Shown one piece after another: positions 36,005 through 49,140 of a DNA stretch of 64,000 bases. Where the stretch lies: assembly GCA_043228905.1 (NCBI GenBank), contig JBHGNT010000006.1, positions 11,904,001 to 11,968,000 on the forward strand, read 5' to 3'. The notes below the pieces were generated by a model. That model searched no databases and was not told the origin of the DNA. It saw only the letters and a program-made list of their open reading frames with translations. Made by a program: the position numbers and the translations under genes. The stretch is from Azolla caroliniana. Taxonomy: Eukaryota > Plantae > Polypodiophyta. Each line of letters starts with the position of its first letter. The stretch's first letter is position 1.

Positions 36005-38220
36005 TCAACATGATTCCTGTACATATAAAATACATAAAAACAAGTAAGTAATTATTAATAAAAATACTTTAAGTAAAGACTCAAATAAAAAACAACCAAG
36101 TAACAAGTATGCATACCTTAATTTTCCTTTGACTATCATGCGATATGTAATCTATTACCTCGTCTTCAGCAACAAGATCATCCAAATTCATTGTTAGTTC
36201 CGCATAACTGATGTGAAAATTATCTAACATTTGAACATTACATTCTTTTAAAACATTCATCCATGATCGAACGCACATTTCAGCTTTGAAAGTGCATGAA
36301 TGTAGTTTTATCCTATTATCAAAGGTCATTTTTGCTGCCAAATTAGCCTCTTCAGCAGGTACTGATGATGCTGGTATACTGAGGTAATCACATGCCATCC
36401 TATATAGTGAAGGCATTGCCGATTTATTATCATTCCACCATTGTAAAGGATCCTTGTCCGTGCTAGCCGAAGGAAGTCTCATAAAGTGCTGAATTTCTGA
36501 CTGTGAATCGGAAATAAGACTTTTATTATTTACACCCATTAACGTCCAAATTTTAGAATTCTTATCATTTTCATGTATTGTGGTTGAAGCCGAAGGTGGT
36601 TCAACATCACTCGAGAACGAGTGATAGTGGGACTCAATCATGCTTTCAACCAACTTAATATCTAACTCTCTTTCTGTATGATTATTTGGAAGAGGCAATC
36701 TATCAAACAAATAAAACGGTTTTAAACTCAAATAAAAAATCAGAAATCATGATGATAATTGTACAATATAAAGGTAAGCATTACCTGGGATCAAGAAACA
36801 TTGCTATGCGAGATGGAATAGACTTTAACGATTCTTGATACTTAATTAAATATTGCAAGCAGTTCTCAGATGCTCTTTGAAGCACCTCTTGTGTGAATCT
36901 AGATGATCCTGGAAGCGAAGAATCTAAAAATTGATTGCAATGATTTAGTAAACAATTATATGCTAGCGATGCTAGTGATAATGTAGGATATCTTGAGCCT
37001 CCCAGAAAAGTAGAAACCTCGGCCGGTGTATCTAGCCATTCCGCCATGGCATGTATGTGACTCCAATCTTCTCTGGTCAAGACATTACCATTGAAATCAC
37101 TTGATATTGTTAAATCTGAAATTGTAAAGTTCAATACATCTTTATCCTTGATAGATTGCCTAAACATTTCCAAGGTAGAATTCCATCTTGTAACAACATC
37201 GAGCCTTGGGGGTTCCCTTTCATGATGCTCAACCATCCTAGCATACTTCCTAAACACTTCCCTTCGAACCTTGCTAGATCTAATAGTATGGAGCACTGTT
37301 CTCAACTTTTCTGTTGAGGGTGAGATAACCTCTAATGCTGCCTTGATACCCAACTGAAAAGTGTGAACCATACATCTTAACATATGTGATGGAGCCAAAA
37401 TTTCCTTACCATGCTCATCTTGTAACAACATGCTCAACTCTTTTGCAGCTACTTGTGCATCACTCGCTCCATCAAAAATTGTAGCTAAGAGTCGACTAGA
37501 AATATCAACGGATTGAAGTCGAGCAAAAAGGGCATGTGCACAACGCTTCCCTGATCCAACACCTGGAAATACATGCACAAAATCCAATAACATTGACCTT
37601 GACCTTGTTGTTTCATGACATACCCAATGAAGTGTCACTGAGTAAAAGCCCTTCAAACTACTATTTGACCAACCATCAAATGTTATGGAAAATCTTGATT
37701 GGCATTTCGATAGCAAATCTATCACCTGACGACGCAACACCACATACATTTCTAGGATAGAACGCTTAATTGTGCGTCTTGACTTTACTTGATATCCAGG
37801 TACAATTTGTTGCATGAACTCCTTAAATTCAGGTGATTCCACATGTGCATGGGGCAATGTTCCCTTCACAATATACTTCACGATGGCAGCATCAATTTTC
37901 TTCTCTAAAACATGAGATACTCTAGCTGACTCAATTGAAGATTGAATGTGCTGTGATATACCTAAATTTTGGTCTGGGTCGCTTGATAAACGATGCTTTT
38001 CTGCTAAATGTTTGGCTATAGTGCCTGTGGATGTTGTAGAAGACCAACAAACATGGCAATGATGGCATCGTCGTCGAGGTGTGCCATTATCCATATAAAA
38101 TATGATGTGAGCATCTGTCCATGATGTGCGTAGCCTTTTTCTTGAGCTACTTGTTGACCCACGACTAACATCAATTGAAGATGAGTTCATTGCAGCATCA
38201 GTTTGAGATGATGATTCCAT
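36005..38220 (-). CDS. hAT transposase (BED zinc finger, DDE, hATC dimerisation domain); predicted exons 38220-36785, 36699-36117, 36016-36005
   Basis: W...CHHC...KHLAEKH (BED), ITFDGWS, IFDGAS, CMVH, DVVTRWNST, FLDPR, PLQWW, LSIPASSVPAE. GT-AG introns join the frames; the last micro-exon is tentative. Confidence 0.9.
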
Positions 38221-38411
38221 TTTATGGTGTCCTATAAAATTCAATTAACTCAATTAGCACATTTCAAATACATTATAATGAGAAAAATAAATGAAGTAGA
38301 AAGTTTGCTAAGTTAGCTAAGAACAGTAAAACAACCATTATGTCTAATGGCAAACATAGAAAGATAGACATGTTAACATAGAAAGATACATTGTTACATT
38401 GCTAAGTTAGC

Positions 38412-38866
38412 TCAAGTTGGTGGCTTTTTGAGATTCTTGGGGAGGCAAAGGATTTCAAGACCATAGAATTTCTCATGGAAGACATAGTTAAGGATCAAGT
38501 TAGTTTGATACCGAATGCTTTCACAGCTATTGCCAGGGTCTATGCTTATGTTGGAATGCTTGAAGCTTCTGTCACAGCCTTTGAAAGGATGGAGAAATAT
38601 GACTGTATTCCCAATTCCCATACATTTAACATAATGATTGATGCATTGGTGAAAGCAGGGTTTCCAAAGCAAGCTTATGGGATGTATGATAAGATGCTTC
38701 AGCATGTTTTGTTAACAAACTTGTATATATGTAACCTTCTTGTTTATTCCTTCTAGCAAGAAGAGAAACCAGGAGATGTTGCATTATTTAAGATGATGAA
38801 AGAAAAGGGAGAAGTGCCCAACATAAACACTTATAATTTCCTTGCCAATGGCCTTTCAAAAGCAGG
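38412..38866 (+). pseudogene. Captured P-type PPR gene fragment inside the hAT element
   Basis: AFTAIARVYAYVGMLEASVTAFERMEKYDCIPNSHTFNIMIDALVKAG...MYDKM, then after a stop and frameshift FKMMKEKGEVPNINTYNFLANGLSKAG; 35-aa PPR periodicity. Confidence 0.8.
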
Positions 38867-40079
38867 TGAGGGAAGATGTTAAGTTATGTGATTTAATCAA
38901 ATTTAGTTATAATTAAATCTGAGAGAGAATTTTGGACCTATTTTATGAAGCACCATAAGCCAAATCCCGAGTCTAATAAGCATAAAGATAATGTCAAGAG
39001 GAATCTTGTATATATAAATAATTCCATAGAGCAGTAAATCGCAATGAAACTAACATCCCATGCACTGAAGTTCTGGCTGCACAATACAATACAAATATAA
39101 AGTAAAGTACTGGGAACAGTGATAAGGGTTCGGCCCAATTTGTGAGAAACCGATTAAATGCAATGGAACTATATGTTATGGTGCACTATACAAATGTAAT
39201 GCAGAGGAAACCTGGAAATGATAAGGTTTCAATCCAATTTATTAAAAATGATGTGATAATAAATTCCACCATCAAGAGCATGATTTACTTCTCATACATG
39301 TCTAAAATGATCTTCAACTCATCAGTCAAAGAGAAGACTGCAATTTTTTCATGTTAACTAAAAGGAAAAACTTAGCTTGCGTTATGGATCATACCTGTGT
39401 TATGGAGAGTCTGGAGTCTGAAGAGCAATGAAGTGGTGATTGGAAGTGGTGATTGGTGGTTGCCGCCTCAGCCTGCACAATGCCGCCTGTGTAGTGCGCC
39501 TCCTGAATCCTTTCTGTTCGATAGTTGTGTCTGTCTGTCTGTAGATACACCGTAGTTTGTAGTATGTACTTACTACTACTAACTAGTATTAGGTCCATAG
39601 TAAAAATAAGAAGGGTATAATTTATAAAATAGAAAATTTAGGAAGGGTATAATTTATAAAATTGAAAATTTAGGGCTAGGGTAAGAACCTATAAACCTAT
39701 AAACCGAACCAAATTAATAGAAACCGTTAAACCGATAAAACCGATAAACCGATAAATGTTAAACTGAACCGAACCGAAACCAAACCGAACTTTCATTCTT
39801 TAAACCAAACCAAACTCATTATTTAATTTTGAACCGATAAACCGTTAAGCCACGGTTTAACGGTTCGGTTCGGTTTGAGCCGAAACCGTGCCCATTGCTA
39901 GACGTAGCTCACATTCCCTTATCTTCTTAATCCTTTCTACTCTATGTCGACTTGTTTTGAAGCCCAACATCTGAGGGCGTTTGGTTGTTCTTTGCATTTC
40001 GGCTTCCTCAAGAGAGAGGCCGAGCGGCGTAAGTGTATCCACATTCATCGTCTCCCCTTGTTCCTGAAAATTTACACTA

Positions 40080-41123
40080 GTTACAAGTTGATGAATAGTA
40101 AAAGGGTTATGGTTAACACTTTGTAATTTATTCTCCCTATGTTGTTTAGCTCTAAGATATACCTACCTAGTCTCTTTACATCCGGGGTATCTAATAGTTT
40201 GGAGAGGGTGGGAGAGGGTCCTAATATGTATTGTTCCACTCGTATCTCGGCATAAGTTGGGCACTTGCATGTGAAGTGATACTCATCCTCTATCTCTATG
40301 TGGCACAACCTACATAGCCTTTCCTCCCTAAGGACTCTATTAGGCCGACCATTCTCAATCTCAAGTTGGTGAGATGATATCCTAAGTTGTCCAATGGCAA
40401 CCCTTAGTGCATTTGATAAGAATGTATCTAGATATCTTGGTTGTGTAATAAAACCTAACTAAGAGAAGTGCAAGAAGTGTTCCTTATAGTACAACATTTT
40501 AGATGGGAGTGGCTCTCGTGGGGTGATTCATTTATATCAAGTGTAAATTTGCCATATTTCTTGGCGTATCACTTTATTACGGTCTTCATGAGATATTAGA
40601 GTTTGGTCAGTCCCATGGTTGTACTTAAGGGGGGGTAGGTTATTAATGTCTATGCCATTTGCAAGTAACCAACTCACCACAATGCTATACCAAGAGCTAG
40701 TGTCTCCAAACACATGTAGGGATCGAGATGTCTCAAAGGCTCGATGGGATATCCTATCTTGTGGTTGGCTATGTATCCGGTGAATAAAAACTACCACTTG
40801 ATTCAGTGCTTCTACTAACATCGGGGGCAGACTGAACTCTGCTCTAATAATGTCATGTGGTACTGTCGATTTGCTTCGGAGTTGATGTGATAACATCGTC
40901 ACCAAAGGTCTCTCTAATTGCGTCCACATGAAAGATGGTAGACCTAAAGCCCATACTACTGATGCATGCATGAGGGAAGGGGTCACTAATGAGTCGAAGA
41001 GCCATCCCTTAGTCCGTGGCTCTTGAAAGTATGCATGGTGGCATTGTCTCTCTAAGAGTGAGAGGGATGCATACCCTCTCATTAGTCTATCTTTGGATGC
41101 CTGGGTCATCGAGAATTTACCTA

Positions 41124-41126
<3 letters not shown>
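40080..41126 (-). mobile_element. 5'-truncated non-LTR retrotransposon (RTE/L2-like) 3' portion
   Basis: LFDSLVTPSLMHASVVW, IIRAEF, QLRISSHQLEIENG-like and CRLCHIEIEDEYHFTCKC C-terminal motifs with stops. Confidence 0.75.
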
Positions 41127-41175
<49 letters not shown>

Positions 41176-41801
41176 TGTGTGTGTGAATGTAAGTGAGAGA
41201 TTGAACAAACAAGACAAGATCGTATGTAGCAAAATGGGGGATGATGACATGATGAGTAATCAACATTAATCAACAATTGATTAACACCTAATACATAAGG
41301 AGGAATTGGTTTCTACATATTTTAGATAGAATCCTAAACCCATCTTTAACATCTTTAACAAGAGGAGAGTGAGCGGGATACCTTGGAGTACCCACTCTCT
41401 CGATAAGCATTCCCCTAGATTTATTACAAGGGTGGGCTTGCTTTTTCACACATGACCTTCAATAAGTGGTTAAGCTCAAATTCTCAAAGGTGCGATGGAG
41501 CATATGGTTACTGGCACAAATCTAAGGTTGCGGAACTGGAAAACTTTCTTGAGACACTTCTAGCTTTCGGCATGCCTTGAAAATTGGCAGGATGTAGACT
41601 TCAGATGTGAGGATGGATCAGAAGTTATAACAAAGAGATTTATGGGGCCCAGAGTTATCTATATCTACTTCTAGTTTTAGTTATGGAGGGAAGAGGAGGT
41701 GAACCGATTGGTGTTGCTATTAGGACTCAGGAGGAGTAGACTAGTAGTAATAGTAGTAGTGAGAATACAAAGAAACAAAGAGTAAAGAGAAAGAGTCGAA
41801 C

Positions 41802-42949
41802 ATGGGCAAAGATGAATCGCAGGATGGAACAATTCCTTCTTCTGTTCGTCTGAAGCTCGAGTTTGGGTAAGTTTAGCCACATCCGAAACCCTAATAAACT
41901 CAACGACTTATTATTTGCTTTGTTCTTCACTTTTACTTCCTCTCACTACAGTGTTTCCGTTTTTCCCTCTTCTTCTTCGTGTTATGTGTGCGTTTTCGTG
42001 TTTAATGGATTAATCAGGGGTGGATTGGAGCTTCTTTTTTCCTCTGTCAAGGTTCACAATGTGGAGATTCCCCTAAATTCAAATTCAAAACAGGTATTCC
42101 TTCTCCTTTAGGAAAAATAAAGAACATGCTGATCTTATATATTGATCTGGATGTGTGGCATCGAAGTTTATTTGTATGTTTCGTTCCTTGTACTTAAAAT
42201 TGTTATGTTAGTATCAAAGTTTTCCATTGAGGAAATGTTTAGGATTCAGTTTCAGAAAAAAATGGAACTTGCAATTAAAAAACATTTCGAAATGAAGAAA
42301 CTTATTAATTAGATCGTTGTGTTAATGACGGGAAGTGGGTTTTGGTCTTCTTCATGCATCTGTTTCAACGTGTGGTTGTTGAGTATTTCAATCTATTTGT
42401 TTAAATCTCATGATGATGATGATGTAAATGTTGAGCATTGCTGCAATATAAATGTATTTGATACGTCTGTTGCTGGGTTGCAATAAGAAACTGGTTGATG
42501 TATCTCTCGATGATGTAATTGTTGAGCATCAGCGCAACATAAACCTATTTTAACATGGTTTGTTTTTGTTATTTTGTTATTTTCTCCTTTTGTTCAGCTC
42601 ACAATGGAACACTTGCTCGTTTGGGTAAGAGATAACCTCTTGAAAGAACGACCCGAGCTCTTCATGAAAGAAAAATCAATGTAAAGCTCAAACCTTTGAA
42701 GTTAGAAGATTCTTTTTATTTCTTTTCTTATCTTTAGAGAAAATCACAATTAATTCGATTAGAAGATATTTCTTCCTTCCATTTTAGTCTAGTTTCATCA
42801 GTTTTTTTTGTTGCTGTCTTTGTTTTGCTAGACGGCCTGGCGTGCTGGTTCTCATAAACGATTGTGATTGGGAGCTCTGTGACCGACTCCAAGCAGCTCT
42901 CGAGGATGGCGACACAGTTGTGTTTATATCCACCTTACATGGTGGGTGA
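41802..42949 (+). CDS. URM1: Ubiquitin-related modifier 1; exons 41802-41866, 42018-42093, 42598-42680, 42832-42949 (113 aa)
   Basis: Spliced product is ...[21 protein letters not shown]...[31 protein letters not shown]...[16 protein letters not shown]. All introns are GT-AG and in phase. Confidence 0.96.
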
Positions 42950-44077
42950 GTCCAATTTTGTTTTTGCAAACCAACAAAAATGAATGTTGGAATCCATATG
43001 ATCATATACTATATTTTGTTCAAATCTTAACTGAATGCACTGGTCATGTACTTTCTCCAATTTCCGATGCCTAAATTGATCCCTTTAGGAAAAAATGGTG
43101 ATGATGTACATGTGATACAAAAGTGAGATGATGATGATTTCTTTATCGACACTTTGAAATAAGAATTCCATACTCGAAAATGAGCAAGAAAGGACCTTAT
43201 ATCTCTACAAACCTATATATTCTACTTGCTGGTAGGTTGCGGCAAAGAAATTGAAAAAGTTATGTATGCTCTTGGCTCTTTCAAAAAGAAATCATTTACT
43301 TCCAGAAAGAATCTATGCGTTTCCTTTTTCTCTTTCGAAATTTTTGAATAGCAGAGCAAGTTTACATTCTTCAGATTTATTTTGTTTGCATAAAAATCCA
43401 GTTTTTGAAAGTAGAAAATAGGCCCAGAGTCGGCAATTGGTTAATTGTGGTATTTGAACTCAGGCCCTAGACCTAAAGAGACTTCATACACTCTTAATGC
43501 AATGAGCCAGGATCATTAGGTGTCTCCATTGAATGCAGTGAACTTCCATTGAGCTAAGGCATTACAATTTCAAAATTAGGCACATTGATACTATGTTCCA
43601 GGGACCGAGTGAGGAAATGTATCTTTGTGTATCATATAAAAGAGAAGAGGGGAATGTGAGCATGGCCATCATTTAGCGTTATTCTTTTATATCGGCTCAA
43701 AACAATGATCTCATATTTTTCACAAATGTCACTTTTGGGATTTAAGAAGAAAATTTAAATTTTACTCACGAAGACTCCATTGCTAAAACTTATAAAATCT
43801 TTCTTATGCTTAATGCTCAAATGGTATTGTAACAGAAATTAACTGTGATGGAATTTATGAAGACTTTTTTACTGTAATGTGAAGACTACATTGCAAAAAC
43901 AAATAAAATCTGTATGATGCGTAAGGTTCGATAGTATTACAACAAAATTTAATTCTGATGTATGTATAGGTTCAAAAATTCAATAATTATTGTGAGGTTT
44001 TTGTTTCAGAAATATGTCTTGAACAAGGTTGAAATCACAAGGGTTGTTATAACAATAGTATGAGATAGGGTCAAGAC

Positions 44078-45470
44078 TGTTAGAAATTAAGTCTAATGTA
44101 AGCATAAAAAATATGAAAATAGATAAGATAACAAAGAGAGAGAGAGAGAGAGAGAAGTGTGTTGATCCACTCGACTGCCCTCGAACAAGATATTGAAACA
44201 AATTTAACCACTCGTCGCAAGAGTTTGTTCACAACAAGGTCATAGTCGCAACAACTCAAGTAATCTATCTAATGAGGATAGCTAGGTCTCATATTTATAG
44301 CCAAACCTAACAATCGGCAACGGTTCGGTTCAGTTTGAGAGAGTCAAAATTGAACCGATTTGAAACCGAACTGTTAAAATTTTTTGAAACCTGAACTGAA
44401 CCCCGAAACCGTTAAACTAAACCATTAAAAAAGTTTCAAACCATTAAAACCACGGTTTCGTGGTTCAGTTTCGGTTTTCAAGTTAGGTCAAAATTTAATT
44501 TTTTAATTTTTAAAATTAAAATATTTCATTATTTTTAATTTTCAAAAATTTAAAGATTTTCTTAAAATGTGAGAATAAGACCTGAAAATGAAAAGATTGT
44601 TTAAAAAAAATTTAATTTTAAATTAAAATAAACCGTTTAACTGTTGAAACAGAACCGTTTAAAAAAACCTAAACCTAAACTGAATCGAATCGTTTAAATC
44701 ATTAAGCCATTAAGTCACGGTTTCGCGGTTCGGTTCAATTCAAACCGAACCGTTGTCAACTATTAGCCAGACCCAAGGCCCCCAAGCCAAGAGTTGTCGC
44801 AATCATTAAGATTGAAAGTAATCTTCCCTTTTACACTCTCAAATAACCCTCAAACGGTTATCTTTGTGTGTACAAAAATTACAGTTTTAACTACCACATG
44901 ATAAGTATAATTACTCTCGTAACATACCCCTCTTTAAACATTGCACTCTTGTAATGAAAAGTTAGTTGTTGGTTTTAATGTCTTTTTCTCATTCCCATGT
45001 AGCATCTTTCATAAACTTACCCATTCATTTAATTTAAAATTCAAAATGTTTTGTTTTAACATAGAGAATTTTTTTCTAGTGCATGTGGTTTAGAAGCTGA
45101 ATCGGCCAAAGTAACCAAAGTTTCAGTTGTAATCATATTATCTCCAGAATCAAGAAATTCTTTCAACGATTTACATGAGAAATTGGATGGATTCCGACAC
45201 CATCCAGAAGAGCAAGACAAGATGTCGATGAACCAATGCGTTTGAGGACTGTGAAAGGTCCATAAAACCATGTGGCCAATTTAGCACACTTACTCATAGA
45301 CAATGTCTTAGAATCGTGAGGCACACGTAGATATACATTTTGTCTATGGTTGAATACAAGAGGTTACACATTATAGTCTGCATAAAAACACGCTCAATCT
45401 TGAGTTGTTTTATATTATCTTGTGCAATATGCAAAATGTTGTGTCGATATATGCTTGGAGCTATTATAAC
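44078..45470 (-). mobile_element. Old chromovirus 3' remnant (integrase C-terminus, chromodomain, PPT, LTR 44078-44924)
   Basis: SGDNMITTETLVT..SKPH similar to 18650-18720; PPT AGAGGGGTA then TGTTACG on the minus strand; LTR similar to 33430-33884. Confidence 0.75.
44311..44762. mobile_element. hAT-like MITE inserted in the LTR remnant
   Basis: Imperfect TIRs (CAACGGTTCGGT / ACCGAACCGTTG), AAACCG subterminal motifs like the hAT at 35226, AT-rich core. Confidence 0.6.
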
Positions 45471-45805
45471 AAAACTCCGAAGCTTGAAGGTCGAGCCCCA
45501 TTATGTTGACCACACCACCTTTGCGACCACATTGTTGCTAATGTCACCATTTGTTGCCACCTACTGTTGAGATCATCAATGAAAAGTGGCAATGAAGCCG
45601 TCTTAGTTGCCACATCATCATGCAACACACAAAAAATTGTTACTTTGTGAGAAATTCCATTTCAAAAACTCTAGACTTGTCACACAATGATATGTCTAGT
45701 TCTATTGTAGTGAAATATTCATCACACAAGAACGAGGAGTTTACAATTTGAACAATATAGAGGATTAAAAATTAAATAGATAGATAAAACTTTAGATGAG
45801 ACCAC

Positions 45806-45842
<37 letters not shown>

Positions 45843-45845
<3 letters not shown>

Positions 45846-48014
45846 TCAAATGGTTGTGGATTATGCGAAGGAATCAAAACAAGAAATTGTTATGATACAA
45901 TTGGATATTATTGAGAAGGCTTATGATCATGTCAATTGGTCATTTCTTGCTCAACTTATGTCTGAGATGGGTTTTGGTACAAGGATGTCTCGACTCTCAT
46001 TTATGTTGGGATTAGGTGCAGTGTCACATGTCATGTTAAATGGAGGAGTGACTAAGGCAATATCATTAACAAGGTCAGTGAGACAAGGATGTCCATTGAG
46101 TCCATTATTATTTGCCATTGTTACCCACCCAATTTTGGTTCAAATGCATGAGTTAGCGATATGTCGAGATATAGTGGGACTTGTTTTACCCTCAAGGAAT
46201 CAGCTGATAGCTCAAGCATTGGCAGATGATTCTTTTTTTCTTTCTCAAGTCGCATCCCAGTAACATAGCCAAAGCCATGGAGGTGTGGAAGGTGTTTGCC
46301 TTAGCATCATGTTTACATATTAATATGCACAAGTCATTGTTGATTAGATGCACTAAACACGATTTGGTTAATCTTGGTTGGAGTGGCCGAATACTTAGAT
46401 AAAGGGAAGATTTGTCAGCATTTGGGCTATCCGATTGGTGTGGATATTTCACTAAATCAAAGCCTAACTTGGATTTCTAGGACCATAGCAGATAAATTTA
46501 AATATTGGAAGTCCCAAGCTTGGCCGTTTGCTACTCGTCTCAAAGTGGTGCAAGCAATTATGGTTCCAATGATTTCATATTTTTTGCCTTTGTTACCTTG
46601 GACAAAGAAATCACTTGATCATTTGGCTCGTGCTCTTAGGTATTTATGGAAGAAAGAGTCCAACATTGGTATCAGTTGGGTTTCATGGCTTCATATATGT
46701 ACCCTGAAACATTTAGGAGGAGCCGGTTTACTCAATTTGGAAGATCATCTAGTTGCTCGAAGATTTAGTCTCTTGAAAGAGATGTGTGCAGGTTTGCAAC
46801 CATGGGCAGAGATAATTTGTTATTTTGTGGAGAAAGTGGGGATACAACATGGTAAAACAAAAATTAGAACTTCATGGTGGCATGTTATTAATAACACTCA
46901 ATCATTTAGATGTTCAACATTTAGTGGTCTCTTGGCAAAAAAGTTTGAAGTTGTTCAATTGGAAACCACCTGATTGTAGAAAAGATTGCAACTCTTTGCC
47001 AACAGAGGTGATAGCATCTTCAAGATTATTACAATGGGATGGAAAAGACAGTTTAAAGTCAAAGTTTAATAGAATGGCAAAACTAGGTTTGGTAACTGTG
47101 GAGGATGGTATTTTAGAGTCACAAAGGCAGATGATGGCTTTCTGAACTGTGAGAAGTAGATTTCATATACCTCTTGGATATGGTCAGATTTGGCAAACAA
47201 TAGTACAATTGCCTATTTTATCATCACCAATTCCACAATTGGTGGTGGTGGAACCGTGGAGAGATTGGTTTTTTGATAATAAGAAACCATTATTTGTAGT
47301 GAACACAAATGATGTTTACCATAAGTTGGTTAAGGATAGAGTTTGGGTATAGAGCAAGGTTTTGGATACATGGCACATTATCCGTGGAAGTGAATAGTGT
47401 GCTAGAGTTTTAGATGCAGGATGGAAGTCTCATCAGATTCCTTTCCGTGCAAAGATGTTTCTTTCGCGTGCTATGGCTGGTGGGTTACCTTTGGCTAGGG
47501 CTATAAAACGAAGACACATTGGTAGTGGTGCATGTGTCTTTTGTACGGCGGTTGATGAAGATTCTCGACACAGGTTTATATCTTGCCCTATTACTAAAAG
47601 TATATGGATAGGTATATCACAACTGTGGGGGTCATTGACTGGAAATGTTTTGTCACCTTTTCAATGGGTTTTCATTGAAGGTGATAGAGTTTTACCATCC
47701 CCAAGTATAAGTTTGTGTTTGATTATTTGCGGTACTTGGGCATGTGGTATATTTGGAACTTGCGGAATGGTTTCTTATTTGATGGGCTTTCTGGAGTATC
47801 TCAACAGATATGTAGGATAAGAGGAAAGTTGATTTGGCAATTTTCACAATTATGTTGTATGGGAGCTTTGTCCCCAAATGAGTTACATTTGTATCACTTT
47901 GTATTGCAACACCTTAGAAGGTTGTCCTTGCCACATTGCTACCTTTGACATAGTTTTGATAGCAAGGTTTATTTTGTATTATCATGTTGTTTTAATATAA
48001 ACATATACATTTAC

Positions 48015-48017
<3 letters not shown>
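45843..48017 (+). mobile_element. 5'-truncated L1-type LINE (RT and C-terminal zinc-binding region), degenerate
   Basis: EKAYDHVNW, RSVRQGCPLSPLLF, LADD, HLGYPIG, GGAGLLNL and CVFC..DEDSRHRFISC; flanked by (GA)n on both sides. Confidence 0.88.
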
Positions 48018-48056
<39 letters not shown>

Positions 48057-48060
<4 letters not shown>

Positions 48061-48690
48061 TTATATTATCATCTTCGGAGGTCAAATATGACCTATGAGA
48101 CCAAAAATATTACATTTCACGTGATACGAGTGAAAGTGAGTAGTGACTCTCGATGTTCATGAACTTTACCAATGAATGTTGCAATCGAGAGTGCACATTG
48201 TGGTTGTGAGAGGAATTCATGCAAAGATTGGGCTCGATCAAAGAGATGTGGAAAGCATGGTCGAATATGATCAAAGGCAGAGCATTGTATCAAAGTGTGA
48301 TACTCAGACTCGCGAACTTGTTTAGGGCAAAGTGTGCATAGCCGACCACTCTCATCACTTGTACTCCAACGCCCTGTTTCACATCGCAATGCATGTGAGC
48401 TAAGTCGCATGGAAGCAGTGGTTCGAATGGAAGATAACGGTATGGATGTTTACGATTTCCCCGTTCCGCAAAGAATATGGTTTTGTAGTTAGGTGCAACA
48501 TGTGTAGTATAATGTGTGAAGCGTGAGCCTCCACATTTGTCCCATGTCATGATACATTGGCCTTGCAAAAATGCCTCATTTACAGAGGAATCTAATGAGT
48601 CATCATGAAGCAAGTGTCTCGCATCCCATCTACCAAACCATTTTTCTATATCTTGCATCCAACCGGAACACAAAATTTTGCTTTTATGCG
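48057..48690 (-). mobile_element. RTE/L2-like LINE 3' end with (TC)n at its 3' terminus
   Basis: MRLSSHALRCETGRW...RLCTLC..VRESEYHTLIQC is a typical C-terminal motif. Confidence 0.75.
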
Positions 48691-48699
48691 TCTTTTGGA

Positions 48700-49140
48700 T
48701 CTTTCCTCAATTCTCATTGCAAGAGTGCAATGTTTTGAAGAGGGGAGTATGTTATGGACATAGCTTTAGGTTCAAATGGGAAGGCTAATTCATCATAAAT
48801 AAATGCACGTGGATGTGTTTGCTATAACTTAGATGGTCAACAACATGTAAGTAATTATGTGGCAATTGAGGGGCCTTTGGCTTAAAATATAATTATGGGA
48901 CTCGTTAGCTCATTTTATCATCTACTTTGTGAGACTCATGGTTTGGTGAAGTTCTTGTATCAAGGCACTTGTCACATTATCAAGTCAAGGCACATCTCTA
49001 GACCATAACTGGTGGTATGGGATATCCTTATGGTTTAGAGATAGTCTCAAATCATTTGCTTAGGAGTGGTTGGGAGGAACGGTATCCTCACTTATCAATG
49101 TCTTTATATTTGAATAAAATGATTGATTTGATCTAATAAT
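48700..49140 (+). mobile_element. Chromovirus 3' end and decayed LTR remnant
   Basis: ATTGCAAGAGTGCAATGTTTTGAAGAGGGGAGTATGTTA at about 48716-48753 matches 18864-18903. Confidence 0.55.

Larger units (their letters stand above)
35226..39900 (-). mobile_element. hAT-superfamily DNA transposon, probably autonomous
   Basis: TIRs TAGCAATGGGCGCGGTT / AACCGTGCCCATTGCTA, perfect 8-bp TSD GACGTAGC (35218-35225 / 39901-39908), AAACC(G) subterminal arrays at both ends, and a transposase gene inside. Confidence 0.97.
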
